From contig QPGO01000107.1 of NCBI GenBank assembly GCA_008632985.1, forward strand, positions 1 through 64,000: a DNA stretch of 64,000 nt, given 5' to 3'. The position numbers and the translations under genes are program-made. The stretch is from Psammoneis japonica. Its lineage: Eukaryota. The notes below the pieces were generated by a model. It saw only the letters and a program-made list of their open reading frames with translations, ran no database searches and was not told the origin of the DNA. This document shows positions 25,675 through 39,326 of the stretch, piece by piece (within the stretch, counting starts at the first letter, position 1; each line of letters opens with the position of its first letter).

Positions 25675-26778
25675 TTAGACGACATGCTCGTGACCATTTT
25701 GTCCCTCCTCTGCTCCATTTTTCGACAGTTGCGTCTTACGACTACCATGTTTGGATACTATTCCAAGATAGACACCAATAAAGACCAAGAGGAGCCCAAC
25801 AACATGCATCCTTCTACATGGTTTGGCAAATAGAAGAAAGCTAAGCACGATTGTGACAATCTTTCGGGCATTCGTCAGCAAAACACCGGCAACACCACCA
25901 TGATCACGAATCACTGTGAGATAGCAGCGCAAACCAAAATATGCGCATCCACCCTGAAGAGCGAGCACTTTCAACACAAGCGGGTTCTCTCTGCAGAAGC
26001 TAACTCCGTCTTGCAATTCACCGGAAGCCAACGTATAGCAGGTGAGGATGAAAGCCATGCACAAGTTTGACAAAAACACCATGTCTACCGTCCGAACTTT
26101 TGCTTGTTGTAGCAATTTTTCTTGCAGGTTGGGTACAACAGAATCGAGGCAGGTTGAAAGAAGGAGCAACAAAGGTCCGATATATGCTGTCGACATTTCA
26201 TTTGAGCTGGTGCTTTTTCCTAGGGATTCTGCGATTGAGAGTAAGAAAAGCCCAGCGCACATGATGAGCCCGGCAACGTACTCAATCGCGGAGTGCCTCC
26301 GCCCTGTGAAACAAACTCCCAAGGCCATTGTAGGGACAAGTTTGCATGACTTAAATGCGACTTTTACTGGATAAGAAGTGTACCGGATCGCGGTATTGCC
26401 AGAACCGTGCGATGCTGCGACACAACTTCCGACAATCAGCAATAGAATACCGGTACGTCTGCCTCCTGGAGGGCGTCGGGCAGAAGGTCGCTCGAAAATG
26501 AGACCACCCAAAATCATAATGCTGACTTCTGCTAGAGTCATGAACCAACCAAAGTCAAACCCATCAAAACGAAATACTCTTTCTTGGAACGCGTCGTGCC
26601 CAACATAGCCCAGAAACATACCGATGACCGAGAAAAGAAGGGTTTGACTTTTATCATTGTTTGCTTCTACACCTTCTTTGACTGGACTCTGTATTGACAG
26701 TGTAGACAAGCAATCGCGCCACAATGATGCGATTTTTAAGCGGAGGAGCACCCACCACTGTACTGCCGGACTCCCCAT
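25675..26778 (-). CDS. Nucleotide-sugar/PAPS transporter (UAA, SLC35B family)
   Basis: Multi-pass hydrophobic 367-aa ORF with YPVKVAFKSCKLVPTM, NLQEKL and TNARKIVTIVLSFLLF motifs. Confidence 0.88.
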   Translation of the reverse strand: MGSPAVQWWVLLRLKIASLWRDCLSTLSIQSPVKEGVEANNDKSQTLLFSVIGMFLGYVGHDAFQERVFRFDGFDFGWFMTLAEVSIMILGGLIFERPSARRPPGGRRTGILLLIVGSCVAASHGSGNTAIRYTSYPVKVAFKSCKLVPTMALGVCFTGRRHSAIEYVAGLIMCAGLFLLSIAESLGKSTSSNEMSTAYIGPLLLLLSTCLDSVVPNLQEKLLQQAKVRTVDMVFLSNLCMAFILTCYTLASGELQDGVSFCRENPLVLKVLALQGGCAYFGLRCYLTVIRDHGGVAGVLLTNARKIVTIVLSFLLFAKPCRRMHVVGLLLVFIGVYLGIVSKHGSRKTQLSKNGAEEGQNGHEHVV

Positions 26779-27458
26779 CGTTGTATTTCACTTCTCGTTG
26801 TTCTCACCTCGCGATCTTTGTGAACCAGTGGGCTCTGAATTAGTGCTTTTCGAATCGTCGCCTTCTTGGCTGTCGATTTGTTTCGCAAAAAAAAACTGAA
26901 AGCGTTACGTCCGATGCCCGCAACAATGAGAACCAAAACAACAAAATGATATCAAGAATGCGGAAGTGTCATTGGCACACAGAAAAGAAGTGACACTTTT
27001 ACTTCACCGCGCCGTTGAGTTTTGGGGGACGTCTTCGGAAGTGAGACTGTCGAAGAAAGTTACGTAGATTTTGTACTAAAACAGTCTGTCATCAGTGCGA
27101 TTGGTATTTGGACCTCTGACAGATCCTACGTGTTTTTTTTGCGTACAAATTGTACTGGAAAACCCAAACGCACTGGCGATCAGACCCTTCGACGATCTCA
27201 CTTCCAAAGACGCCCCCAGTTTCCGTTTTCGTTTTTTTTTGAAAAAAAGATCGTCTGTCATTCGCGCGCTAGCGATCCTATCGTTGTTGAAGTTTCGACA
27301 GTACATTTTGTACGTAGATTTCTACGTATCGTTTGACGTCATCGGCGGGAAGTTCTGTTCCTTCCTCCGCCTCATCCCTCATCATTCATCCATCGTCCCC
27401 TCCGCGTGTCACCTCACAAAAGGCAACCAGGACGGAAAGAACTAAACCAGAAGTGACA

Positions 27459-28888
<1,430 letters not shown>

Positions 28889-28930
28889 TGAGATTGTTTA
28901 CGTGGATGTAGGTTCTATCTTGCTACCTAT

Positions 28931-29379
28931 CTAGAGAGACTCTATGTAGTTCTAGCTAGCTTGTGACTCGAGATACCAAAGAGGATAGACACTGTGTCAA
29001 ATTCATCCAGCACGCAAGAAGGAAAAATGTGATGATTCGAAAGATGAGGATAGAGTGACGAGAAAGAAGAACATTGATTGTTACTTTTTGGTGCCGTCTC
29101 CGCTTCAAATGCTTAGTACCGGTAGCAAGATCTACAGCTACAAAAACAACAGACCTCTAGAGAGACTCTATGTAGTTCTAGCTAGCTTGTGACTCGAGAT
29201 ACCTGAGAGGATAGACACTGTGTCAAATTCATCCAGCACGCAAGAAGGAAAAATGTGATGATTCGAAAGATCAGGATAGAGTGACGAGAAAGAAGAACAT
29301 TGATTGTTACTTTTTGGTGCCGTCTCCGCTTCAAATGCTTAGTACCGGTAGCAAGATCTACAGCTACAAAAACAACAGA
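28931..29379. repeat. Tandem duplication, 226-bp period, two near-identical copies
   Basis: CTAGAGAGACTCTATGTAGTTCTAGCTAGC...CAAAAACAACAGA starts at both 28931 and 29157. Confidence 0.92.
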
Positions 29380-29840
29380 ACAACCGCCAGACCTGACGTC
29401 GCTCCGTTGCTCTCGTCGTTGAACTCCCGCCAATAATTCTGCCGACGTCGTCGCCACATTTGTCTTGCCCAAATATGTAAACCATTTTTTCTCCTTCGTT
29501 GCGATTTTTTATGCTCTTTGCAACGAATATTGGTTCGTTGCTCTTTGCATGAAAATGAAATCAAAGAGAATACGGGCTTGAAAGGTAACACTGTGCAAAA
29601 CTTTCTTAGAAATACGCTACAGCAGATGTTTCCAAAGGAAAACGTTTGTTCAACGCAAAACACAAACCACTGGTACAATCGGAAAAGATCCATTCGATCC
29701 AGTGCTATGAAACAGTCTTTAGCAAACCGGTTAGGTAGTGCCGAAGACTAAGCTCCACATCTCCCGGTCTTGTGCCATGTCAGTGGATTCCGCTGCCTTC
29801 GTCTCGTCCACCAACGTAGAGAGCAATATAACAACGCCAT

Positions 29841-30250
29841 CTACAAGCACGGGATACCAGGAGGGCACTCCGCTCCTTTGTAGGTGGTATTGTAAAGGGC
29901 TGCTCGCTGCTTGGAGAGCTCAAACATATCTGAACGTTTCGTTGTGCTCCGCGACTGTTGCATCATGGCACGCCGTTCTCGAATAATCTCATTCTCTCTT
30001 CAAGACATGCATCGTTGCATTCCTCGTCTCCTACGGCGTCGACTCGTTTCGGAGGCACAATGATTGCGAAAAACGCTGCTGCGGCCGACGCCTCTTGAAG
30101 CACGCCACGGCGGTGCTGCAGCTTGTTTCGTGGTGGTGCGTCGATGTAGGACAATGCCCGAACTGATACTGGCTTTCCGTTGTCAAAATAGATTAAAAGT
30201 AAGACTGTAATGAATAAACAGCATGAAGTCGGACGCAACAACCCCATCAT
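29841..30250 (-). CDS. Small hypothetical protein with signal peptide and RR-hydrophobic (thylakoid-transfer-like) segment
   Basis: MMGLL...hydrophobic stretch; HRRGVL..ASAAAAFFAIIVPP..VDA. After one apparent frameshift it continues RERRAMMQQSRS...AALYNTTYKGAECPPGIPCL*. Confidence 0.6.
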
Positions 30251-30559
30251 ATGGTAAGTAGTAGTTGTTATTTCTCGCTTCTCGCCATGCAAATATCATC
30301 CCAAGCAAGTCATCCCTTGCTTTTGTGCACGCTGAAGTCCTTTGGGATGGGATTTTCGAATCTGTCTTTCGACGTCATCGTTGTTTGTTGTTTCGTGTTG
30401 CTGCGGAAGTGCATGACCTTGTATGCGGTGCATAAGTGTTTTAATGATCCTCGTGTTTGAAGAGAGTGTAAAGAAACCAACTGTTGTCAGTGGATGCGTG
30501 CTGGCGTGTTCGCACCAGCAGCAGCCGCACTCGCCCCTGCAGGGATGGTGAGGGAGTCC

Positions 30560-30990
30560 AGCGACAAAGTGTGCACCCCACCCCCCAGGAACGCAAGGGA
30601 AACAAGTGCGGCAGTTTGAATGGTCAGCAGAACCACAGCGATAAAGTTTGCAGTCCCCATGAACCTCGCGAAAAGTTTGCAGTCCCCCAGGAAAGCAATC
30701 GCGCGGAGGAACCACCGCGAAAAAGTTTGTAGCCCCCAAGGAACCCCACGAGAAAGTTTGTAGCCCCCCAGGAACGCAATCGCGAGAAGTTTCTGTAGCG
30801 TCAGGATTTACTGTACAATGGAAAACTTTGTAACCCCCCAGGAACCCCCGCGCGAAATTTGTATCCCGAGGAACCCCGGCGAGAAAGTTTGTAGCCCCCA
30901 AGGAACGAAATCGCGAGAAATAGCGTCACAGGAATCACAATGGAGAACTTTGTATCCCCCCAGGAACCCCCGCGAGAATATCCCGGGAAT
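30560..30990. repeat. Degenerate minisatellite (about 30-bp units)
   Basis: Recurring AAAGTTTG(T/C)AG(C/T)CCCC.AGGAAC...CGCG units. Confidence 0.8.
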
Positions 30991-31979
30991 GGGACTCTTG
31001 CGAGACTACAGAGCTGAATGTTGCATATAGGATTCAACGGATGTGACGTAAGTATATATATATATGATCTCAAAGAGTATTAAAAATAAATAAATAGGAT
31101 CTGAAAAGCTTATATAAAAACGAGAATGACCCTCACCGAATTTTCGACGCGAAAAACGACGACGCCATGGCCATAAAAGCCGCTCGCGTTGCTCCCACAC
31201 TACTCTATGCTACAAAACCAAGGCATGAATCGGCGCGTATTATTACGAAGATGTTATATTTGCACAATCTGGATCATCCATAATAAACTTGGTACTCAAA
31301 TCGAAGGCGTACTCTTGACACCAAAAATGACGCCCTGTAGAAACCCATACAAATTCTACACAGAAATGAAATCACCAATCAACGACCCTGTTACAAACGG
31401 CGACCGGCAACGCTACACAAACAACCTCAGCAATCAACCAACATGTCACGAGGTTTGTTAGACAATGAATGAGACGACCCTATCAATAAAAGTGCCATAC
31501 CACACAAACGGCGACGACAGTGAGCGGGTCATTGTCGATGATGCGTATTTGTGCGACTCCGATGGCCACGGATTGAGAATTTCACGCTGTGGGGGTAAAA
31601 GCGAAGACACACGGGCAGACGAAAAATGCATGACCTTCGGTCATGCATATTCAAAATCTTAGTATATATGAGTAAATAATTGAACTTGGACAAATCTAAG
31701 ACGTTTTCGACATAACGGGAAAAATAATATTATTTTTATTAGAGAACGTATGAAACTAAGATTTTGGCGCGCGCAGACCGCCGACCGTTTGATCATCGCA
31801 GATCGCGATACTGTAATCCAACGGCAGACACCAACACAAAAGGAGCGAATGACAATGCGACTTTGACTTGACGGCATCACATCTTGAGCAGGTCCTACAG
31901 TAATATTTCGAGATATTTGGGTCTCTCTAAGAATAGAATCAAAGCGAGCGACGCAGGAAAAAATAAAGGCAATATCAAA

Positions 31980-33386
<1,407 letters not shown>

Positions 33387-34019
33387 CTTTGAAGGGTTTT
33401 TGAAAGTTTACATTTATTTCGCTTGTCGCTGCACTGTAGGCTAAGCCCACTGCATCATCTTTGATCGTCTGCACTGTTTAAACTTGAACTTTTCCGATAT
33501 ATGGCTGCTTCTCTTGCAAGGTAGTGTGTGTATGGTTGCACTGTGATTAAAAGTAGAAGGTCGCGTTGAGAAAAGGTCCTTGCCACGTCGCCTAGATCTT
33601 TGCGATACAGGACCACAATACAACAGCGTGGACAACAGCATCATAGCGGAAGAACGATACTAGTTCCTATACTGTAGATATGCATCGCGAGCAGCGCAAG
33701 CCTATGATCTAACCACCATCGTCGACTCTCGTTTGTACCGTAGGTAGGCGCGAAGGACCAGATCTCTAGAGTAGTAGACTCTAGAGAGCATCTTTGAAGA
33801 GAAGGATGATTCCTCAGACCTCAGACCGTACCAGTAGGCCGGTTGATGGACAGATACACTACGACACCCCCCAAATAAACATCGCAACACATCATCCCAA
33901 TAACATCGCATTATTGTTGCAGCAGGGAGCAGCTTCGTAAAGTTGGCAAAGTGACAACCGTCCAGCACCCATCTGCAAGGCATTTCAGCACAGATTGGCT
34001 TCTACAATAGCACGCTGCG

Positions 34020-35339
34020 ATGGAGACGGTTTTGACGAGTGCTAAAAAGGCAGTGTGGACAGATGCATCCTATTGGAGAAATCTTGCTTGCGGTACTTTG
34101 ACGATTGATGACAGCGACAATAAAAACAACAATGATGCAACCCATGGGGTGAATGCACCAGAAATAAGTGAGAAAGAGGGAACAAGAAGGCGACAGCGGC
34201 TCGTCGAGGATGGCTATGTTCTGGTTGACGATCGTATTGATGTTGAGCTTGCAGAACGACTCACAGAAGTAGTTACCACGATGCATCGAAAGTATGGCTA
34301 TCCGGCTACCTTTATACTGCTTTATGATGAAGTGTGGGAGATTGCGCGGGTTGCTAGGCAGATAATGGGAGCATCTATACATGCATCGAACGAATTTAAC
34401 TTTGATGTGTTGGCCTGGTTCATTGATCCTTCGGAACACTCGGCTGGATTTAGTCCACATCGTGACAGACAACCAGCTACAGTGGCAGACAGCTTTCACA
34501 AAGACAAACAAGCCAAGTATGTGACCATGTGGATGGCTTTAGCAGATGCGACACCCGAAAACAGTTGTCTTTATGTAATTCCAAAACCTTTTGATCCAGG
34601 GTACACAAACGGCGATGAAGATCAAGATCCAATGGCTCGCGCCCTTTCCACCAAGCAGTCGTTTCAGTACATTCGAGCACTCCCTCGCCAAGCAGGCCAA
34701 TCCGTCCTTTTCACACATCGAATCATGCACTGGGGGTCACGAGGTAATCCAGAGGCCTCTCCTAATAAGCCGAGGGTTGCTATATCGTTTGTAGCAAGCG
34801 ATCCGGAATTTGAAAGGCCCTACGTTTCGTCAGACTACTTTACGCAGGACAAGAACCCACCCTTTCACATTCGTTTGTTGATTGTGTGTTCTCAACTTTT
34901 GATATATCATGAACGCTTTGATCTTCCTAAAGAGTGCGTCCGGGCTTGTTATGAATATTGCAAAGAACACAGCAATGAACTGGACGAGGCGTACAGGCAA
35001 AAGGTATTTGTGGAGTTTGTCAAGGCAATGAGAGAAGCTACGGATAGAGACGACAAACAAGACAGTGCAACAGTAGGAGAAAACTCAGCAGAAGCTGAAA
35101 ACCATCTGGAAAATGACACTGATGGCGATGACAAGGACGAAGACGCAATGCTTGAAGAGATGCTTGATGCAGAAGCTGGTGGGTACGGGGAGTTTGGGGA
35201 CGATTACGATGAAGTTGCAAGCAATGATGGCGAAGCTGAAAATACTACCTCAAAAGAAGATGACTCTGAAGGAGAAGAAGAAAGTGAAATTATATTCGGG
35301 ATCGATTCTCAGCCCGACTCAAAAAAGAGAAAGACGTAG
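34020..35339 (+). CDS. Phytanoyl-CoA dioxygenase (PhyH) family 2OG-Fe(II) oxygenase
   Basis: PHRD (HxD), WMALADATPENSCLYVIP and distal HWGS; acidic tail. Confidence 0.8.
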   Translation: METVLTSAKKAVWTDASYWRNLACGTLTIDDSDNKNNNDATHGVNAPEISEKEGTRRRQRLVEDGYVLVDDRIDVELAERLTEVVTTMHRKYGYPATFILLYDEVWEIARVARQIMGASIHASNEFNFDVLAWFIDPSEHSAGFSPHRDRQPATVADSFHKDKQAKYVTMWMALADATPENSCLYVIPKPFDPGYTNGDEDQDPMARALSTKQSFQYIRALPRQAGQSVLFTHRIMHWGSRGNPEASPNKPRVAISFVASDPEFERPYVSSDYFTQDKNPPFHIRLLIVCSQLLIYHERFDLPKECVRACYEYCKEHSNELDEAYRQKVFVEFVKAMREATDRDDKQDSATVGENSAEAENHLENDTDGDDKDEDAMLEEMLDAEAGGYGEFGDDYDEVASNDGEAENTTSKEDDSEGEEESEIIFGIDSQPDSKKRKT

Positions 35340-35359
35340 ATTTGTCAATGTTAAGATCA

Positions 35360-36756
35360 TTATGCATTACGGAAGACAGCGAGTATGCCCAGTACATCTT
35401 TCCCTCTGTTTTTCCTGATGGGCCTTATCTGCATCATGAGAACATCAAATCCACAGTCAACGGCAAGGCCCTCAAGGTAGCTCCGTTTGTGAGCAAATCT
35501 CGCACAATCCTGCAGAATGTAGGGATGCTCTCCCGCTACATCTTCCTCCAGAAACTCGGTTGTAAAGGCAAAAAGGCCTCCATTATCCTCAAGAACATGG
35601 CGAATGGACGAAAAGAGTCCACTCAAGTCACCAAGATATACCAATACGTCACATGAAACTATGAGATCGAACCTGTGGGGAAAGTCGTTATCGGCTTTAC
35701 GGAAAACGTCCAGCACATCTGAGATGACAAGTTTCTCGTAACATTTTCGTTGCTTGGCCTTTTCAATCATTTCTGGTGATAAATCAACGCCAATCATGTA
35801 TTGAACACAATCCCGAAACGCCGCTCCGCTAAGACCGGTACCGCAACCCAAATCAATCGCGTTTTCGGCCCACACACTTCCAGGCTCTTCCAAAGCCGCA
35901 TCCACTAATTGTCGCAATTTTGCCGGAGTCTCATAGTTCAACTTATCAACTAGCATGTCATCAAACTTGGCAGCAAAGGATGAGTAGAGGGAAACAACGT
36001 ATTCCTCGGGACACCGATCAATCCCAGCCACATATCTGGAACTCGTTCCGTCTTCCATGGTACCGTCTGCACCATCCAGGGTGGCCAGCCAGAACTTTGC
36101 CTTTTTCGAGAGTGGGTTGCTCGCAGGAAGATTATCACAAGCTTTCAGCAAGTGGCTTTTCGATCTCGGTCTATGCATTTCACTAGGAAGCATTTTCCGA
36201 AAAAAGAGTCCCAGTCTAAACTCCACTTGTCCGAGATACCGCTGCGCGTTTGCGGTTTTGGCATTGTCTCCCCACAATTTTTCAAGTTTATCACATACTC
36301 TCTGATACAAGGCTGCTTCCATACCACTTAGATCCCTTCTTGACGGATGCTCCGGTGAAGTACGTCTAAGCTTGCACGTCTTGGCTTCCTCTCTCTGGGC
36401 TCGACAAGCAAACGGCACAAGCTCCCAACGTACGCAGTTTCTTCTTCAAACGACTTTAGGTTTTTATCCGATACATACAATTCTACTGCCCGAATTAAAG
36501 ATTCCATGCGTTCCGTATGAATGGGGGAGGCCACCGAAAGGGCGGCATAACCGTTTGGCTTGTTGGGTGACAATTGAATGGCACGACGAGCCGAGGCAAG
36601 CGCCTCACGTTTGAGTCGATCCCTCTTTTTGCAATCTGGTAATACCTTTACTCGCTCACTCAATAAACACGAAAGACGAGCCGTCGCTTTTCCATTACGC
36701 GGTCGTTCCTTGAGAAAGGAGCGAATGGACTCTTCTTCTGCACTTGGCGTCGTCAT
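35360..36756 (-). CDS. Class I SAM-dependent methyltransferase with TPR-like N-terminus
   Basis: IDLGCGTGLSG, GVDLSPEM, DLIVSCDVLVYLGDL, RFAH. The N-terminal ORF 36328..36756 joins through an apparent frameshift. Confidence 0.82.
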
Positions 36757-37090
36757 GGTTGAATGAATGAATGAATGATTCTATCTTCTGGCGTCATTTT
36801 GTTCTTTCTTATTTTTGGGTTTCCATTTTCCAGCCCCGACATTGATGACCTCACCGGACATTTGAGTTCACAATGATTAGTCGATTCCACGGCAGATATG
36901 GTATGGCATGTACGGTATGACCTTTGGGGTCGGAGAGAAGTTCCAGAATGGTACCATAACCTCTACCTATAATGAGGCGACGACGACCAAACGACGATCG
37001 ATCACCAGCCAACAGCGCCAAGCGCCAAGAGCGAAAAAAGAAAAACGCCTCAGCGATGTTATTATTTCACATACATCACCACCAAAGAGA

Positions 37091-38968
37091 ATGTCGACTC
37101 TATTTGGGAAAGCAAAGCGAAAACGTTCCAAACAGGAGTCAAACGAGGACTCTTCCGAGAAAGTTTCGGATTCCTCGAGTTGCTTAGCGACCGAAGGATC
37201 AAGCAACAAAACAACACAACATGCCGTTGCGACAACATCCATTGTGTCGTCGTTTGAAGACCTTGGACTCTCTCCGCCTCTTGTAGCGACATGTCGTGGT
37301 TTGGGGTTTGTCAAACCGACTCCAGTACAACGAACTGTCATTCCATTTCTTCTCCGGGAAGAATCGTCACATGTTTTATGCCTGGCCAGTACAGGAAGTG
37401 GAAAAACAGCAGCGTTTGTATTACCGGCTCTGCATCGACTGGCAGCAGATCCGTATGGGATATTTGCGGTAGTCTTGACACCGACTCGTGAACTCGCCAA
37501 ACAAATACACCAACAGGTATTGGCACTTGGCTCGGCCTATCGAGTCCAGTCGGCCCTTGTTGTGGGGGGTCTCGATGCGACGCGGCAATCTTGTGAACTG
37601 GACAATAAGCGTCCTCATTTCTGTGTTGCCACGCCGGGGAGATTGGCCGAGTTGCTTCGTGGGCCTCAACCACCCAAACTAAAGCATGTACGATATTTAG
37701 TGTTGGACGAAGCGGATCGTCTGTTGGCAAGCAAAAGTGGCTTTGAACGTGATGTAGCAGAGCTGCTATTGCACATTACTACGACTACCAAAACACAGCA
37801 TGGTTCTGAAGATCAATCCACCAAAGTAGTACCGCAACGACGACAACAATGTCAAACGCTCTTGTTCAGTGCCACGTTGACACGAAGCCTAGAGAGTATT
37901 GAAGAAATGGCTGGAGCAGGACTAGGTCGGCTGCCGTTGCGAAAGTTTGTCATTCAAGAAGGCGGCGAATCAGCCAAAAGGAGAAAACTCAACCTCACCA
38001 AGGAACCACCGAGCGAAACCGGTGACACACAACCCGAGACAGAATCATCATTGGAGGAAATTGAGACCTCAATGATCCCCCAAATACCAGCTGGGTTGAA
38101 GCAGGAATACATGTTTATGCCATCTCGAGTACGCGATGCTTATTTGTTGGCAACCATTCGAAGCCTCATGACGAATGGTGGCCGTCGCGGAGGAGATGCT
38201 GGCGAAAGGTCTGGAAGCGGATGGACAATGAAGGATGTCGAAAGTGACGACGAGGAAGAGGAAATAATGAAGGCTCGATCAGCGATTGTGTTTGTATCTA
38301 CTTGCGAACGTGCCGCCATGGTTTCAGGCATTTTGTCACAAGTAGGCGTCGAAAACGTTGCGCTTCATTCACTCCTTTCTCAAAACAGACGACTGGCTGC
38401 ATTGGGAAAATTCAAATCTCAACACGTGCGTGTCTTGGTGGCAACGGATGTCGCATCTCGTGGATTGGACATTCCTACGGGTACGTATAATCACGGAGTT
38501 TTGAAGAAGATAGCCGTCAGCTATCGTTGCAGGTTTGATGTCTTCGTTGTCTCCTCACACGTTTCGACGATTTTTGTGTTGCTGTCGTGTCTATTATTAG
38601 TTGATTTGGTACTCAATTCGGAACTCCCCCGTCGTTCTGTCGATTATGTTCATCGTGTGGGCCGAACCGCACGAGCGGGAAGACGAGGTCGAGCCATTAG
38701 TTTTGTCGCCGAAACGGATGTGGCTCTTGTCCATGCCGCAGAAAGGATGAGTGGTAGGCCATTGGAAAAATGCACAGATGTCACTGACGATATGGCTTTG
38801 AAGATGCTCGGTCCAGTCACAAAGGCTGCTAGGCTTGCTAAAATGAAACTTTTGGATATTGGATTTGACGAACTTGTCAAGAAAATGAAGGAACGCAAGG
38901 CGCGTGACAGAAAGGAGCGGGAACGAACAGAGAGGGCTCTTCGGAAGTTTGATGTTTCATCTAAGTAA
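37091..38968 (+). CDS. DEAD-box RNA helicase (DBP8/DDX49-like), one intron at about 38480-38600
   Basis: KPTPVQ, TGSGKT, PTRELA, TPGR, DEAD, SAT, ASRGLDIP and HRVGRTARAG motifs; GT-AG intron between motifs V and VI. Confidence 0.92.
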   Translation: MSTLFGKAKRKRSKQESNEDSSEKVSDSSSCLATEGSSNKTTQHAVATTSIVSSFEDLGLSPPLVATCRGLGFVKPTPVQRTVIPFLLREESSHVLCLASTGSGKTAAFVLPALHRLAADPYGIFAVVLTPTRELAKQIHQQVLALGSAYRVQSALVVGGLDATRQSCELDNKRPHFCVATPGRLAELLRGPQPPKLKHVRYLVLDEADRLLASKSGFERDVAELLLHITTTTKTQHGSEDQSTKVVPQRRQQCQTLLFSATLTRSLESIEEMAGAGLGRLPLRKFVIQEGGESAKRRKLNLTKEPPSETGDTQPETESSLEEIETSMIPQIPAGLKQEYMFMPSRVRDAYLLATIRSLMTNGGRRGGDAGERSGSGWTMKDVESDDEEEEIMKARSAIVFVSTCERAAMVSGILSQVGVENVALHSLLSQNRRLAALGKFKSQHVRVLVATDVASRGLDIPTGTYNHGVLKKIAVSYRCRFDVFVVSSHVSTIFVLLSCLLLVDLVLNSELPRRSVDYVHRVGRTARAGRRGRAISFVAETDVALVHAAERMSGRPLEKCTDVTDDMALKMLGPVTKAARLAKMKLLDIGFDELVKKMKERKARDRKERERTERALRKFDVSSK

Positions 38969-39326
38969 TAAAGCATGAACTGGACACTCCTACCGAGCAA
39001 TAGACTTGCTTCCCAGATTTACTGTACTGTAGTTCCAGAAGCGCCGAGGCTCTTAGTGAGAGCGTTTTGTAGAAGTCGAAACGCGCGGGGGAGGCACAGA
39101 ATTGCAATGCTCTTGCGGCACTGCGAGAGGGCTTACTAGCCCACGGAGGCGGAATCTGACCACACCTCATGTGGCGTAAAGAGCTAAATCGTTTTTGTGG
39201 ATTCACAGATTTGGTTCAAGTTTCTAAGACAACTACTTCCACATACATGCAATTCTCATAGACCTCCCCGTTGGGATTGAATCCTCATTCAAATCCTCCG
39301 ATGAATTCAAGACGTTTTCTGTTTCT

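Noticed and set aside
20180..26778. Classical RIP (CpA to TpA) acting on the TpA-rich copy
   Set aside because: The TpA-rich copy is the intact ORF, and conserved Tyr motifs in the TEs fix the direction as TpA loss.
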